DNA of 46,355 nt from an uncultured Gemmatimonadota bacterium (GTDB taxonomy: Bacteria > Gemmatimonadota > Gemmatimonadetes > Palauibacterales > KS3-K002): positions 1 to 46,355 of the forward strand of contig CAYFXF010000005.1 in assembly GCA_964347085.1 (NCBI GenBank). Direction: 5' to 3'. Of the stretch, positions 45,843 to 46,355 are shown in pieces. Numbering within the stretch: the first letter of the stretch is position 1; each line of letters begins with the position of its first letter. The notes beneath the pieces are model-generated. The model was not told the DNA's origin. It ran no database searches and saw nothing but the letters and a program-made list of their open reading frames with translations. The position numbers and the translations under genes were made by a program.

Positions 45843-46355
45843 GCGCTCGCGGATAATCGGCTCGCGCCAGGCCTACGGCGTTCTGGCGACGACGGTCTTC
45901 GTCGTCCTTCTCCTTCTCTTCGTCAACAGCGTCGCCGAAATCCTCTTCCTCCTGTTTGTCGCGATGCTCTTCGCTATCTATCTCGGGGCAATCACCGACT
46001 TCTTCTCACGGCACCTGCACCTGGGGCGTGGCCTGGGGCTCGTCATGGCGCTAGTGACGACCCTAGTGGTGATCGGCGTGGTCGGGCTGCTCATCGTGCC
46101 CCCGGTGGCCAACCAGTTCCAAGGGCTGTTCAACGCCTTACCGGGCGCAGTGGATGCCTGGGAGGCGGAGCTGGTGCGCCTGGCCCAGGAGAACCGCCTG
46201 CTGAGCCGCATCCTCGGCCCCATCGGTGAAGGAGCAGAGAGCCGCGACTTCCTCGACACCATCTTCCAGCAGGTCAGTGAATTCTTCGGCGATGTCGTGC
46301 CCTACGTCTTCTCCGGGATCGGGGTGGCGATCCACGTCGTCTCGGTGCTGATCAT
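45835..46355 (+). CDS. AI-2E family (UPF0118/PerM-like) transporter; 3' end truncated by the window edge, start codon uncertain
   Basis: Frame-1 ORF open to the window end. TM1-TM2 plus loop pattern (...ILFLLFVAMLFAIYLGAITDFFSRHL.LGRGLGLVMALVTTLVVIGVVGLLIVPPVANQFQGL). Not in the ORF track because it has no stop within the window. The first canonical start, ATG 45964, would remove TM1. CTG 45835 lies 5 nt after GGAGGAGGA. Confidence 0.7.
   Translation, partial: MAERSRIIGSRQAYGVLATTVFVVLLLLFVNSVAEILFLLFVAMLFAIYLGAITDFFSRHLHLGRGLGLVMALVTTLVVIGVVGLLIVPPVANQFQGLFNALPGAVDAWEAELVRLAQENRLLSRILGPIGEGAESRDFLDTIFQQVSEFFGDVVPYVFSGIGVAIHVVSVLI

Noticed and set aside
1-46355. Search by eye for tRNA, rRNA, tmRNA, RNase P and SRP RNA genes, CRISPR repeats, IS elements, integrases and prophage genes.
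   Set aside because: I saw no conserved RNA signatures in any intergenic gap (T-loop GGTTCGAATCC-like, RNase P GAGGAAAGTCC, SRP GGAAGCAGC). There are no spaced direct repeats and no transposase- or integrase-like ORFs. An Infernal or tRNAscan run would be needed to be definitive.

Overview
GC-rich bacterial chromosomal segment from a diderm organism (Omp85/TamB, TonB-C and Lgt are present). The phylum cannot be assigned without a database search. I call about 45 protein genes, all on the + strand. Many are joined by 1-8 nt start/stop overlaps (ATGA, GTGA, TTGA). Most of the window is housekeeping: an M16 peptidase pair, ECF sigma and anti-sigma, holA, a SPOR protein, mutS, a TonB-C protein, cystathionine beta-synthase, ddl, rhomboid, a stand-alone EF-G paralogue, yebC-ruvCAB-queA-tgt-yajC-def-fmt, thiE-thiS-thiG, rsmB, a PASTA-only protein, TlpA, YbbR, tsaD, lgt, a metallophosphoesterase, a TamA-like Omp85 plus TamB, htpX, a lipid kinase and uvrA. 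The last ~4.5 kb looks more accessory: a GrdB/PrdB-family gene, a DinB-fold gene, three small uncharacterised membrane ORFs, YbjN-PspA and a partial AI-2E transporter. I saw no rRNA, tRNA, CRISPR array, transposase or integrase. The strongest finding is that two same-frame ORFs (41847-42335 and 42390-42611) are separated by a single in-frame TGA at the position where GrdB/PrdB selenoproteins carry selenocysteine (U-x-x-C). A stem-loop begins 8 nt downstream of that TGA. This gene has no grd/prd partner genes nearby and sits between uvrA and the DinB-fold gene. Other points of interest: an EF-G paralogue lacking the catalytic His and the NKxD motif; an ECF sigma and anti-sigma pair separated by a terminator and an ECF-type promoter; ECF-like promoter motifs upstream of ybjN-pspA; conserved N-termini of def and the AI-2E transporter that lie upstream of any ATG/GTG/TTG; and a probably leaderless holA. 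All functional calls come from motif recognition by eye. No searches were run.
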